From the NCBI RefSeq assembly GCF_009914755.1, contig NC_060942.1: a DNA stretch of 64,000 bases, one strand, 5' to 3'. The notes below the pieces were generated by a model, which saw only the letters and a list, made by a program, of their open reading frames with translations, did no database searches and was not told the DNA's origin. Shown piece after piece: positions 25,686 to 41,087 of this stretch. Made by a program: the position numbers and the translations under genes. Within the stretch, counting starts at the first letter, position 1; every line of letters begins with the position of its first letter. This DNA is from the human T2T-CHM13v2.0 reference genome, Homo sapiens.

Positions 25686-27944
25686 CTCACCTCAAGTTGA
25701 TGAAGAAGATAAAATGCTTGTTACTGTCCAATCGGCATCTATATGCATGCTAGTATTTTTGGTAACTTGATTCCCTTTATATTGTGAAATATGTGACTGT
25801 TTGACTTCAGAGCTTGAATACAGACCTTCCTAAAAATATATGCCATGTGGTACCCACCAGAAATAGCATTTCCTCTGAGGCAGTAAATAGTAATTCTGAG
25901 GTCAAGTCGAGTAATAGCTTGGACTTTTAAAAGAAAAACAAACTTTTTAAATTTTATGTCTTTAAGCTCTCTTTCTTCTGCAAGTCTTTGAAGTGGCTAG
26001 AGACATCAAACCACTAACTGGAGGAACACTAGTTCCTCGGACTGCTCATCCTAAAAAGATGCCCCGCACGAAAGCAGTATGGAAGGTCAAATCGATTTGT
26101 GAGTGTAGCTTTCAGTAGCACCCCTTGCAGGTCCTCTTGGTCCACATGCACTAAATCTCTGAGAAGTCTTGCTGCTTTAAAAAAAAAAAAAGCTTCATTG
26201 ATTTTACTCAGCATTTTCCAAACACATCTGAATTCAGAATTAATTTTTAGTTGTTATTTTGGTAATACTTTGAAATATGCTGGATTAAAACAAGGTAAAA
26301 TCTTTAAGAAGATAACAAAAGTCAGGGCATCTGAAAAACAAAAAATGTATAAGTGAGTCCTCTCAAAGCGCTGACCTCAGTGGATTGTGATCCATAGACA
26401 AATAAATTTGCCTCAATTTTCCCATCATTAGGACAAAGTCACTTAGATTCATAGTCAGATAATTCATATTATTCGTTTTAAAATCCTTTAGCTAAACTGA
26501 AGAATTTTTCTTGCCTGCATAAATAACATGGAAAAATCAATGTAGTAAACCCTTTTAATACTCTTGTCTGCATTTTTGTGAAAGGCATATAGCAATGTTA
26601 TTTATATAAATTTGTTTAAATAAAATGCTGTGTAAATAAAATTTCTTCTACAGTCTTTTGCTGTATGGAGCAAGTAATAAGTGAAGGCAGTTAAGTCCTT
26701 TGTTAGAAGCATATTCACCACAAAGGAAACTGATTATTAACCATGGGGTCGGTCCTCAGGTGGTAGAATCTAGAGAGTAAGAGGAGGTGAAAGGCGAACG
26801 GTTATCAAAGCCATGAGTAAAATATTCAGTGGGGGCTATATGAGACTCATGGAGAAAGATGCATTTGCAAAATAGCAAAGAGAGCTAAAAGAAAAACAGT
26901 TCCTTGTTTTCGTGCCTCTGAAAACCTGAAATATCAGTTACAAAGGACTTTTCATAACTTAGTAAATTTCTTATTGTTTGTCTTTAACCTGCGTTTTTAA
27001 ACTTTCCTAAGTAAATACCTTTAGTTTACTTTTAAACAAGCACCAGTGTTATTGAGGGACAGAGAGGCAGGAAAATACATGCAGAAACTATGTTTTAGGA
27101 AGGGGAGAATCCCTGCAATAGAATGAATGAGTGGGCAGTGATAGAAAAAGACTGCAGAGAAGGAAAAACAATCAACAAACAAAATCAAATGTAAATAGAC
27201 CACGAAGTTATTTAAGGTTTAAGAAGTAGTCCACATGGCCGATACTTGCAGAGGGTTAAGACTTTGAATCTTAGCTCAATGATAGATTTTCTGTCGGAAG
27301 TTAAGGTGACCATGCTACTTTGTTTTCTGACAGACAGTAGGCATGCAGTAGCTATCTGGTAAATGAATGAGTGTCCACCTTAGACTTAGATCTGATATTG
27401 CTCTCTATCAGCTGAAGTCATTCCTAATAGAGCTAGGAAGTACCCATTCCTGATAGTAAGCAAGCAGCTGATTTGGAAGTTGGAAAAATGCCCCTGGAAG
27501 TGTCATCCCGTCCTGTTTAAACCAAATCACCTGGTCTTAGCCAAGTGACCACCTTCACTGGGTTTATCTTGCAGGAGAGTCTGTCTGAGGTAAACACCAT
27601 CTAGAAGGAAATGCCAAGTGGTTTTTGCAATCAGTTATCAGGCCCTTACTACGCACAGACTAAAAGTCAGTTTTGTCATTACTTAGTCCTAGGTTTCTGG
27701 ATTCTTTTAAGGGGAAAAGGTGTTTAGCAAACAAAAAATGTTGGGCAGCCACTAATTCATCAAACTGAGGCAGGGTTTTAAACTTGCCTGTCTTAAGCTT
27801 GACCTGTGTCCCTAAATGAGTCTACAGTGAACCTGTCTGTCTTTCTGTTGTCACAGGCATTGGGCCTTGGGACAGGGTAAGAAGCCATTTGGGATACAAG
27901 TCACCATTATATTTGCTGAAGGCATTTGACATCCTGCACTCGTG

Positions 27945-28900
27945 CCCTTTAATTGCAAGACTTAGAGACTGAACATGAACTAATTTGAACCAAAAAGGGA
28001 AATGTTAGGATATGTATTAATTTGCTAGAGCTGCCATAACAAAGTACCATAGACTAGGTGGCTTAAGCAACAGAAATTTATTTTCTTGTGGTTCTCGAGG
28101 CTGGAAGGCCAAAATTAAGATGTTGGCAAAATTGGTTTCTCCTGAGGCCTCTCTTTTTGGTTTACAGAGGGCTACCTCCTCACAATGTCCTCACACAGCC
28201 TTTTCTCTGTGTATGTACATTCCTGGTGTCTCTTTTCTGTGCCCAAACTTCTTCTTCTGTTAAGGACACCAGTCATATTGGATTAGGGACCATCACAAGA
28301 GTCTCATTTCAATTGAATCACCACTTTAAGAGCCCTATCTCCAACTACAGTCACATTCTGAGATTTTGGGGGTTCAGGCTTCAACATATGAATTTGTAAG
28401 ATGAGGGCACAGTTCAGCCCATAACAGGGTCATTTAATCAAACCATCTAACTGCCAGGGGTACAGCTGGACTAGGAAAAAGAGAAATCACTCATGGTCAA
28501 GATTTTCTTCTTCTAAATGTTGTCTTTGCTCTTGTCTTTCAGTCTGCTCCATTGTTCTGGAATAGCTCATGGCTTCTAGCACCTCTAGCCTCACATCCTT
28601 ATTGCATTATTAAAGATAAAAAGAAGTGCCCTCCTCCCAGTTTGTGTTTGAAAAATCCAGGGGAAAGCCTCTAATTGGCCTATCTTGCATCCTGTGGTCT
28701 CCTACGGGCCAGTGTGGCATGGGAGTGAGACACTTTGATTGGTCCAGAATCAGCCGGTGCTCACTACCAGATCAGTCACTGCAGCCGGGGAGGCAGGGTG
28801 TAATCAAAATAGCAGCCCTCATCTGGAACATATTTCAAGAATGAGTGGGATGGGAGGAGGAGGTGTTCTCCCAGAGAAGCTTACCACCAGAAAAAGTGTG
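27945..28900 (-). mobile_element. Old MaLR LTR (MLT1K-like) hosting a nested MLT1B
   Basis: TTGCAAG...AAAAAGGGAAATGTT before the insert; CTCTAATTGGCC and TTTGATTGGTCCAG after it; boundaries approximate. Confidence 0.5.
28013..28426 (-). mobile_element. MLT1B-like MaLR LTR
   Basis: TGTATTAATTTGCTAGAGCTGCCATAACAAAGTACC ... GTTCAGCCCATAACA; TG...CA termini. Confidence 0.88.
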
Positions 28901-30324
28901 ACCCATACAGATACTCAATGTGTCATTTGGGAGTCAAAGACTGTCAAGTCAGCAGGAAAGTTTCAGTGCAACGTGAGAAGTACCCTGAATAGGGATCTCA
29001 TGTAACCTTCAACAGAAAACATGCAAAGGGTTTTAGGACGGCACTTGGTGGGCACCAACAATGTCTTAGAGTGTGTAGAGGTCAGCAAAGACTTCACATA
29101 GGAAAGGGTCTTCAACCTAGCCCAAGGAGAAGAAGGCTAGCCACATAAAGTAAGGCATGGGAAAGATAGACAAAGGCTTACATAAAAGTTGAGGATGGAG
29201 AGTACACATCCTCAAAATAAGCAAGGTTGGAAGACCCATGGTGGATCAAAAATGAGCATACATTTTTGGCTATTTTCTCAATGAAACAACAAAGCTCAGA
29301 AGTCCATTAAGATACAAAGAGAGAAGATGGAGAACGTAATTTGGTTTGGTTCTCTTAATAGAGTTTAACATTTCCCATAGCTTGAGTACAGAACTACTAG
29401 TCTGGGATTTGACATTAACTGTGACTTTGGGCTATAAACCTTTTCTTTGGTTCTCAGTTTACTTGTTTATTTCAAATAAATTGGACCGTATGAATGTTTA
29501 GGATCCTGCCAGGTCAATTAGTTGCTACTTATCTTTCTGCCAAAAAAAGTATAAGTATGTTGCTTGAATGTTGGTTATCAGCTCCATCTGGTCTCAGTAC
29601 TGACCTCGTTTTTGGAATGCAAAAATCTGCATTTGGCGTGAGTCCTGTCCATGAAGAACTGCAGACTAATCATCAGGGCTTAAATGTGAACAATGGAGTA
29701 TTAGTGCCAGGTCACCATACTGAGACTGACATGTGAGAAGTACAGACAGTTCTGTTCTAAGGGCTCAGAGGAAGGAGAACAGTGGTGAGAAAAGCTTGAC
29801 AGAGAAGTGGGATTTCAACTGGACTTTGAGGATGGTTGTGATTTACATAGGCAAAGATAAGGAGGGAGGTCAGAGAGAATGGGGGTTGGGTACCAGCTGG
29901 ATGGGGTGTGAACAAGAAGGCAGAGGTGAGAAAGAGAAAAGCTTATTCAAGGAAGAGTCATTCAGGTCTGCAAAAGATCACCAACTACCCTTTGGATATC
30001 ACTGCACACTATCTATTTTAAATATTCCAGGCCATTTTTATTCCTTTGTTTAATACTTCTTATCCACTTGCTTGGATCGACTTCCCTAGAAAGTTGGTCC
30101 TACTCATATAAAGCAGCCATTTATGGGGCTTGGATAGTGTAAGATGGTCTCTCCCTTTCTCAGTGCCTGCATTCCCCAGTGATACTCAGCTGAGGCCGCA
30201 GAAAACCCTTTACTTCCCACTCAGTCCTGTGCAGGGCCTCAGGCACCCCATCAAGACTAACACTAAACAAGGAGGGTGTGAGGGCTGCCATCTTGACCTT
30301 CATCCTTATCACCATGGACCATCA

Positions 30325-30520
30325 TGGCCAACAGAACTATATGCCACGTACTCTATGCTAAGGCATTATAGTTATTATTTCATTCAATCCTTCCAGCAGC
30401 CCTATAAGATGGAATCTGTATTATCTCAAATGAGGAGAATATTGCTTAGAGAGGTTCAGTGACCCACCCAAAGTCACAAGATGGTAACTGATGGAACTGG
30501 GACTTAGGCTCTTGTCTCTG
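30325..30520 (-). mobile_element. MIR
   Basis: CATTCAATCCTTCCAGCAGCCCTATAAG...AGAGAGGTTCAGTGACCCACCCAAAGTCACA. Confidence 0.7.
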
Positions 30521-31889
30521 GTCGCTGGGAGCTCACAATCACTGCGTGTGAGAGGTCACAATGACGGAAGTTCAGGAAGGCAAACAGCCCACCGTGGGTC
30601 ATGCATTAAGCACCATGGAGAAAAGCAGAGAGAGACAAAAGAGGATCTTTTGATAGATGCATATGTGTGTGTGTCTCTGTGTGTGTGGTCTCCTACCTAG
30701 AACACAAGGGAAAAAAATTTATTACTTGCCTGAATGTCAGAAATAATTAGGGAAAACCAAACACAGTCAGAAATCCTGGTCTCTACTAATGGATAGTCAG
30801 AGAGGAAACTCACTCTCAGACAGGGTCTTCTTTCCAATGGTTAGTTTTCATGATGTGTGTGTTGGTGGGAGGTACACACACCCCCTCCCCTGGCTAGGCT
30901 TCCATGGCTAATCTCCCCAAGGAGTACTTATGTGGGAGGTAGCACTCTTTCCCACTGACCAGTGGGGACACAGGTGCCCTCTCCTAGCTCCCTTAAGGAC
31001 TCTAAGACTCAGCCAGCCCTGAGGTCCAGAGGCAGGAGATCAATTGCCTGGGCCAGAGCCCTGAGGTGGGGCTTTGGAAACCCAGAGACCTTCAAGGCTC
31101 TAGACTCTTCTGAGCTGAAGTTGAGCTCTCTGGGGCAACTCCAGGGAAACAGGCCCTTTGTGAGGTGCTCCTTTGATGAGAAACATAATATACATACAAA
31201 TTGCTATTATGTCAGCTTCTGAGAAGCCACTTCAATCCATTTGGGCACCTTTGATTTTATTCCCCTCCAATTCCTTTCCTTCTTTAAAAAAATTAATAAG
31301 AGCATGTTTTCATCTGGCCTCAAGAGAGTAATTTATTTATTCAAAGTAATAATAAAGTTTCAGCATAATCCTTAGTTCCCAAGCGGTAAAGAGACTCTTT
31401 GAACAATTTATTTTTCCCATTCTTGAAGTGCGAGGGAGACCAAGAGGCTGCTGTGCAGTGTCCTAGAGCCCACTGCCATGGCAGCAGCCAAAGCCTCTTG
31501 GCTGCCCAGCCGTAGGCTGCTGGGAGGCAGAGAGATGCGAAATGGTCTCATAACACTCTTCTTCCCCTCTCTCTGCTACAAGTCCTCCCTTTAAGAAACT
31601 GATGGACAGAATGGGATGAAGCCCTGGATCAGCTGTGGGAGTAAGAACAGCAACCTTGAAAGCTTATCACGACCAATCAGGTGCCAGGTTGGAGGCCCAC
31701 AAGAAGCAGGTCAGGGCAGATGGGTGAGATGATGGCTCTGAATTCACATTCACACTATGGAGTCAGAACATGGGGCTCTGAGGGCTGGGTGAATGGGCCC
31801 AACTATGGGAGACAGGAAACCTTCAGAAATCTTGGTCTTCAATGAGTGCTGCAGGATGATAGAACCACCTCTAACAGGAAAACCAGTGC

Positions 31890-32120
31890 TATTTGACACT
31901 TATCTGCCAGCCAGTGTGTTAAGCATTGTATGTTCATTATCTCATTTAGTATTTATATGAGCATAGAACACTGTTGTTCCTATATTTTGGATAAGGAAAA
32001 CAAAGTTGTGGAAATTAGTTAGCTTGTCCAAGTTCATACAGCTAGTAAGTGACAGACCTGGGATTCAAACCTGACTGGCTTGAAGAACTCAGGTTTGTAT
32101 CCATTATAGACATTGCCTCT
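31890..32120 (-). mobile_element. MIR
   Basis: CTTGTCCAAGTTCATACAGCTAGTAAGTGACAGACCTGGGATTCAAACC. Confidence 0.8.
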
Positions 32121-32180
32121 TGGTTTGAACTGGTTAGGGAAGGCTAATGAGGGTAGTTCTATCAGTTAAGAATAGTTTTG

Positions 32181-34101
<1,921 letters not shown>

Positions 34102-34114
34102 AATAATAGTTTTG

Positions 34115-34560
34115 ATTGCAAGTAATGAAAACTGGACTAATTGTCACTTAAATAGATAGAAGTTTATTTTCCTCTCCTAATTAGAGTCCGGAGGTGGGCA
34201 GCAGCTGGCACACACTCAACAGCTCAGTGACAGAGGCTGTTCTTGTGCCCTTTTGCTCATGCTCAGCACCTTCTTGTCACAAGAAGGCTGTGCACCTCCA
34301 GACATTACATCTGTATTCAAGGCAGGAAGAAGGAAAGGAGAAAAAGTTGGTGCCAGCACTATTCATCATCATTTAGCAGGAAAGTAAATGCCTTTCTCTC
34401 CCCAGCAAAAGCAGACTTCTATGTGATATTGGTGAGAAAGAGTCACACTAGCCTCCCCAGCTGAAAGACAGGCTGAGGAATGCAGGAATTTATCTCTCCA
34501 CACCCTGCAGTGAAAGGACAGGAATGGCTTTTTGCAACTACTTCACAGCAAAAATGTGAG
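34115..34560 (-). mobile_element. Old MaLR LTR (MLT1J/L-like) whose end was split by the L1PA
   Basis: Removing the L1 restores TATCAGTTAAGAATAGTTTTGATTGCAAGTAATGAAAAC, an MLT1-type terminus. Confidence 0.55.
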
Positions 34561-34626
34561 CTGGGCATTGGATGGTCAAAAAGAAGGACAAAATGCTAAA
34601 GGAGAAAGTTGCAAGAATGATGAGAG

Positions 34627-34953
34627 TATCTCAGTCCATTTGTGCTGTTATAACAGAATACCACAGACTTGGTAATTTATAAAGAACAGGAATTTGTTTC
34701 TCACAGTTCTGAAGGCTGGGAAGTCCAAGATCAAGGCACCAGCATTTGGTCTGGTGAGATCCTTCTTGCTTCATTATCACATAGCAGAAGGCAGAGGGCA
34801 AGCTAGCCAAAAGCAGCCTCTTTTATTTGGGCCTTAATCCCATTAATGAGGGAGGAGCCCTCCTGGCCTGATCACCTCTTAAAGGCCCCACCTTTTAATA
34901 CCACCACATTAGCAAAGCCTGACTTTTGGAGAGGCCACATTGAAACTGTGGCA
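34627..34953 (-). mobile_element. MST-type MaLR LTR (MSTC/D-like)
   Basis: CAGTCCATTTGTGCTGTTATAACAGAATACCACAGAC...GATCACCTCTTAAAGGCCCCACC. Confidence 0.85.
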
Positions 34954-36683
34954 GATGACGAAGCACTTCTAGGTCTGGATCTGGGGTTAATGTGGAGAAC
35001 TGGTGGGAGAAAAAATTGGAAAACCAAGTGGGGCTTAGATTGTGGTGCAATGTAAGTACCAATCCAGAAAGCCAAGCTTCATCTTTACAGGCATGTATTG
35101 TTTCCACACTCCTGTCAGCCCCATTCTCTTGCTCCTTTCTTTAACAAGATACATGTGTTAGTTTCTTTAATTTGCTAAAGTATTTATCCCAGGGCTTGGA
35201 GCTGGATTTCATTGCAGGAAAAAAAGGTTCTAAATTCATATATAAAGAGGTACTTTGTGTTTCATTTAAAGTGGATTGTATCACTTTAAATCGATAATAG
35301 ATTAATTCTTCCTTTTCTGCTTCCATTTTCTCATTGCCATTGGCAATGTTCATTCTGTAAGACAAGAGAGAATCTTCCATTGATTAAAGGGATTAAGGGT
35401 AAGAGACAATGACAGTAGCTGTTGTGTTAGGTGACAGGATGTGGGATGATTTAGTATTATTACAACATTTTCATGAAAGTTGAATTTTATTTTGGTTAAA
35501 ACAAGGAGGAAATATTTAAGGTCATTGGAAAAGAATATTTGGTCAAATTACTGTGACAGTGGTTCTAGAAGAGAAGGATGAGTCTTAATATAATGGTCAG
35601 AAACTTTTCTGGAAGGGGAGCTGTTACCACAGGCTTAGGGGTGGACTGTGGGAGTCCTCCCTTAGGTGTTCCTTGATGTGTGGATGCCCTTCTCCCCAGG
35701 TGAGCCCACTGCCACCATGGGAGGCCTGCTTTGTCTCTGGGGTTCTTCCAGACTGGACTCTGTAGGGCTATTGTAGTCTCTGGGTGACACAGAGTTCATG
35801 TCCAGGTGACTGCCACAAACTCGGGACACAGGTCCTCAGTATCCCTCTTTATAGGAGATTTCTTCAGAGGGATTTCTGGACCTTCCCCCTTCTCTTCTTA
35901 GTTAGGGGGTGGAAAGACATCCTTCACTAACCTGCAGGGAAACTAAAAGTTTAGGGTGTCTCCACAAGGTCCTCTCTTGAACTCTTCCCTGGCATCAGAT
36001 AGTCTTTCACCCTCATCATATCCTGATGTAAAATGCCGCTCGTCACCATTTTCCTTAAGAAAGCTAATCGTGTTCAACACTCTGTAAGCTTAGGACCTTG
36101 ACAGAGGCTTTGGGAGGCTCCAGTGCATATGGCGAAGGCTCTGGCTGTCTCACCTGAACCTCATGCCTCTCAAGCCCCTCTCCTTTAACATCTATACCTC
36201 TGTCATGTGATTAAACATTGGCCCGGTTCCACCTCCAGTGTTTTCCCCTACAACCATTGCCATCTGTCGCAGAAATCCTGGAAACTGCCCAAATCTGGTA
36301 TCCAAAGGCCCTCTCCAACTTTTAGAAAGACTGTTTCGTTTACCATGTGTATGTTTCCCTGCTTTTGCACTGTGAATTATTGGCCTGTAGTCTTTTCAAA
36401 AGCAGACAAGCACACATCCTCAATAAAATACGTTCAAGGACACATGACTCAAGTCTTAATGCACTTACTGAATTCTTTTCTTGTAAGCCCCTGTGCTGAT
36501 TTAGGTTCTGTAGTAGATGCTGGAGATACACGCAGATTGAAGCCAGGTCCTGCCTTCCAGAGGGCCAGAAGTCAGACGCTAATAATTAAGAGGTTAAATA
36601 TTAAGGAAAAGAATCAGAATTTGAAAAGTAGATAATAGATATAGATCACCTGGGAGTTAAGACAGCAATGATCCCCGTAGGTT

Positions 36684-36715
36684 TTTTGTTTGTTTGTTTG
36701 TTTGTTTGTTTGTTT
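36684..36715. repeat. (TTTG)n microsatellite
   Basis: About 7 perfect TTTG units. Confidence 0.9.
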
Positions 36716-37134
36716 AAAAAAAAAGCCCTCTCCCACTGCCTTCCCACTCTTGCTTTCTTGATAGGTCAGGCGAGAGCTAAACAAGTTCTGCCGTGTCACT
36801 CCTTCACTCAGAAACCTACTATAGCTTCCATCTACCTAAAATTAGAACCTGAGTGCCTAGCACAGCCATACCTACACGATTGTTTTTGAAGCTACTTTTC
36901 CTACTTGTATCTACTGGTATACCCTCCTGCACTCTACCTGGTGTCAGCTCAAACTCTTCATCTTTCCCCAAGCACAGAGGTGTTCCTATGACATAGTTCA
37001 TGTTACTTGAGCCACATAGTGGTCTCAATGGTCTCTTTACTCAAAATCCTGCTTACCAGTTCAAGGTCAAGCAACCTTATTTAATCTGGAAAGTTGCTTC
37101 TGCGTTCCCAGGTGCAACTCTTCACCCTATGGAA

Positions 37135-37390
37135 TGAACATGATTAAAAGTGTAAGTTCTAAAGCCAGACTGCTTGGATTCAAATCCTGGATCGGTATGT
37201 GCTTGCTACACAGCCTTGGGCAAGTCAGTTAATATTCTCAGGCCTCTGTTTCCATCTGTAAAATAGGGTCAACAATAAAACATATCTCAAACATTACATA
37301 ATTTATTTGTATATTGCTTATGATGGGGTCTGACATATGGTAAACACTATTTGAGGGTTATTGTAATCATCATCATTGTCATTAATATTA
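37135..37390 (+). mobile_element. MIR
   Basis: AGCCAGACTGCTTGGATTCAAATCCTGG...CCTTGGGCAAGTCAGTTAA...CCATCTGTAAAATAGGG. Confidence 0.85.
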
Positions 37391-37479
37391 TTGGCTGATC
37401 CCACTCTTGCAGAGTTACTGCCAGGTGCCTTTCAATTGTGACTTCTCTCCTTGTTCCTCCTTTGTTACTTCGTGAGGTC

Positions 37480-37974
37480 TGTATTACTTTTCTATTGCTG
37501 ACAATAAAAAATAACCACAAGCTTGGTGGCTTAAACACCCCAAATGTATTATTGTAAAGTCCTGTAAGGCAGAAGTCGAACATGGGCCTTGCATGGGCTA
37601 ATATCAAGGTAACGGCAGTGTTTTGGGGGGCTTCTAGGGGAGAATCCATTATCTTGCTTTTTCCAGGTTCTAGACCACCTGCATTTCTCGGCCTGTGGGC
37701 CCTATCTTTCATTTTCAAGGACAGTGACATTGCATCTGTCTATTCTTCCATTGTCATACCTCCCTCTCTGGTCACAGCCAGGAAAGATTTCTGTGAAGGA
37801 GCTGTGGGATCAGATTGTGCCACCCAGACAAGTTAATCCAAAAAAATCCCCCCAACTCAAGGCCCTTAATTTAATCACATCTGCAGGTTTCTTTATCCAT
37901 GTAATGCAACATATTAATAGGTTCTGGAGATTCAAATGTGAATGTCTTTGGGGGCCATTATTCTGCCTACCACA
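37480..37974 (-). mobile_element. MLT1D-like MaLR LTR
   Basis: Ends GGGGCCATTATTCTGCCTACCACA; perfect 5-bp TSD AGGTC at 37475-37479 and 37975-37979. Confidence 0.9.
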
Positions 37975-38470
37975 AGGTCCTTGAAGGCAGATCTTCTTTT
38001 TCCCCTTAAGTATTCCTTGTAAGGGTTGGCATAAAAATGCTTTTAAGAAATGTTGAACTGAATCCAGTTCTCAGAGTGTCAGGAAAGGAAGACTCCAGGA
38101 GAGTTCCAAAGAGCTGGTTGTTGTCTTCTGGAACGTAGTTTCTTAGTATTATTTGTACAAATTATTGGAATGAATAATTATGCTATTTTGAGTTAATACC
38201 TCAGGCAGGAAAAATATTTTTTGAGCCCAGGTTTCAATTATGTTAAATCTTTAACAAGAACAACAACAACAAAAGTGTATTGGCAAGAGCGCCAAAGGCT
38301 AGGGTGTTTTACATTAGCCTACCAGCCTCCTGGAAATGTCAAGGAATAGAAGGGCATTACTATCCATGCTTTACAGGGTAAGAAATTGACGCACAGAGAA
38401 GTTAAGTAACTTGTCCAAAGTCACAGTGGACAACCCAGAGGCAAAAGCTGAAATATTAACATCTTGATAC

Positions 38471-38790
38471 TTTTTTTATTTTTTATTTTTATTTATTTTT
38501 TTGAGGTGGAGTCTTGTTGTATCACCCAGGCTAGAGAGTGGTGATGAAATCATAGCTTACTGCAGCCTTGACCTCCTGGGCTCAAGCTATCCTCTTACCT
38601 CAGCCTCCTGAGTACCTGAGACTACTAGCATGCATCACCATGCCTGGCTAATTTTTTATTTTTTTGTAGAGACAAGCTCTTGCTGTGTAGTCCAGGCAGG
38701 TCTTGAACCCCTGGCCTCAAGCGATCTTCCTGCCTTGGCCTCCCAAATGGGAAGTACTGTGATTACAGGTGTGAGCCACTACACCCCTCC
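38471..38790 (-). mobile_element. AluJ
   Basis: ATCATAGCTTACTGCAGCCTTGACCTCCTGGGCTCAAGC; T-rich tail. Confidence 0.92.
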
Positions 38791-39383
38791 CATTATGGTA
38801 TCTTGATGATTAAGCTAGTGCTTTCTCACAGCTTGTGACACTAAAAACCCTTCGTTGTCTCCAGTCAGGATACTCTGACCATTCCTTTCTCATCATTAAA
38901 CACTCAAATTATGCCCAATTCATTGTCTTCATGCCATCCATTACATAGTCCTTTAATATGGCCATATGCAAATGGCATGATCAATAATAGTGCTGGCAAG
39001 TGAGGGGCATGTTTGGAGAATGACACACACTTCAGTTATGCTATGCTATGGGGTGCGTATGAGGAATTTGGTAGTTCATTCAGTGAGTAGTTACTGAGCA
39101 TCTGTAAGTGTTATGAGTTCCCCTGCTGTCCTTATGGAGTGTTTATAGTGTGGTGATGAAAGCAATTCTTCAAATAAATAAGTATGTGTGTGAAAAGTGT
39201 TAACAAAGAAGAAACACAGGCTGCTCTGGGAAGAAGCAACTGATGAAGCTGGAAGACTTTCATATGATGCCTTGAGAACCAAGCTAAAGGATTTCAACTA
39301 AGAGTCCATTGCAATAGTAAAAAAAAAAAACAAAATGATGAGTGAATGAACCAGAGTTGAAGCTATGGGAGCAGAAAGGGAAG

Positions 39384-39759
39384 TGTATTGTTTATTCTCA
39401 CACTGCTAGCAAGAACTACCCGAGACTGGGCCATTTATGAGAAGAGAGGTTTAATTGACTCAGAGTTCCACAGGCTGTACAGGAAGCATGGCTGTGAGGC
39501 ATCAGGAAACTTACAATTATGGTGGAAGGTAAAGGGGAAGCAAGCACATCTTATGTGGCAGATCAGGAGAGAGAGAGTGAAGGGAGAAGTGCCACACACT
39601 TTCAGCCAGTCAGATCTTATGAGAACTCACTATCATGAGAACAATGAAGAGGAAGTCCATCCCCATGATCCAGTCTCCTCCCACCAGGTCCCGCCCCCAA
39701 CATTGGGAATTACAATTCAACATGGGATTTCAGTGGGGACACAGAGACAAGCCATATCA
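39384..39759 (-). mobile_element. THE1D/MSTA-like MaLR solo LTR
   Basis: AGGCTGTACAGGAAGCATGG...GAGAACTCACTATCATGAGAAC...GCCATATCA; perfect TSD GGAAG at 39379-39383 and 39760-39764. Confidence 0.92.
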
Positions 39760-41024
39760 GGAAGAATCAACTAGGTGAAAATAGTAACTTGTCTATACCC
39801 ATTGTTCTAATTCTCTGGCATTCTAGTGATCATTTAGACATATGGAAGAATTAACCAACTTGGTTCCAACTTTGAAGATTCATTTGTCAAACCAGGGTAC
39901 AGGAGGCTGTCACCATAGACAATCTGTTTGTGAACCAACTCAAGAGACTGTATATAAATACATTTTGGATTGTTACTTTTAATAAATCTGTCATAAGTTC
40001 AGCTTAATTGGTTAAGTCACAAGGGCTTTAAGAGCTCCTCCTGTGTAGCCAGCTCAAGGCTGGATGTCATGGGAGATGCTATTAAGCAGCTTATAGGCCC
40101 ATTTTGAGGCACATTCGTGAAACCACAAAAGGGTAATGTGACTAAAAACTTAGAATCAAGTTCCAACCTGTGTGTAACTGGCTACCGGTGCTGTGTTGGT
40201 TCAGGTGGGCCATGAGACGAGAAGGTATAGGTTGACTTCTTGCACCCCAATTTTTCTCTAACTTAATTGTCTGTAGGAGATTTTTACCACTTGAATCTCA
40301 TTCCTTTTGGGTGAAACAATTTCCCCCTCTTGCAGTTGTCTTTGAACCTGAGAGAAGTGTTAGATTCCTTTAGTTTCACTCTAGGTAACAACTTTCTAAC
40401 ATTGTGAATGGTTCAACAATGGAATCCACATATCGGAGTGGTAGTGAGTTCCTGTTGCTGGAGAGGCTCACACAGAACCTGAGTGAACATCTTCCTGCAA
40501 CACTGAAGAAGGGATTCCTGTGTTGTTTAGGAGATTTCACAAGTTGACCTCTTAAGGTCAGCATTCTCCTGATCTGTGCTCACATAACTAACAAAAATGT
40601 ATTGTTGAAATGTTACTTGTTCAAGATAAACTATCCCCTCCCCAAAATCAGCTCTGGTTATACAAATTATGTGACTCTTTGACCCTGATGAATGTGTTGT
40701 CTTTTTCTCTTGATATGGGTGAAAGTGTATCACAGGAGTATTGGACACCTAGAAGCACTGGAAGAAACCAAACAAAAAAGTCCCCTATTTCATGGTCTTG
40801 CCCGGGCTCCCTCCTGCGTATCACGAAAATGTTTAGGCAGAAAAAGTAATCTCTGTGGCTCTGAACAAAAAGTTAAGTTGCGATTGGACAAGTGCTTAAC
40901 ATCCTCATTAAATTCCTAGTTTCCTTGGGCTTGCTGGGCTGATCTTTCTAAGTGTCTCTTAGCCTTATTGCCTCCCGAGGTGGTCTCTATGTTTCTGGAT
41001 TTATTCCAAAGTGCTCATCACTTT

Positions 41025-41087
41025 CCCGCCCCACCCCCCGCTTCCCCCGCCCCGACTCCCCCTTCCCCCACCCACAGTGCCCCCACC
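41025..41087 (-). other. C-run cluster: G-quadruplex (minus strand) / i-motif (plus strand) candidate
   Basis: At least eight runs of C3-C6 with short loops; includes CCCGCCCC and CCCCACCC (SP/KLF-like). Confidence 0.65.
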
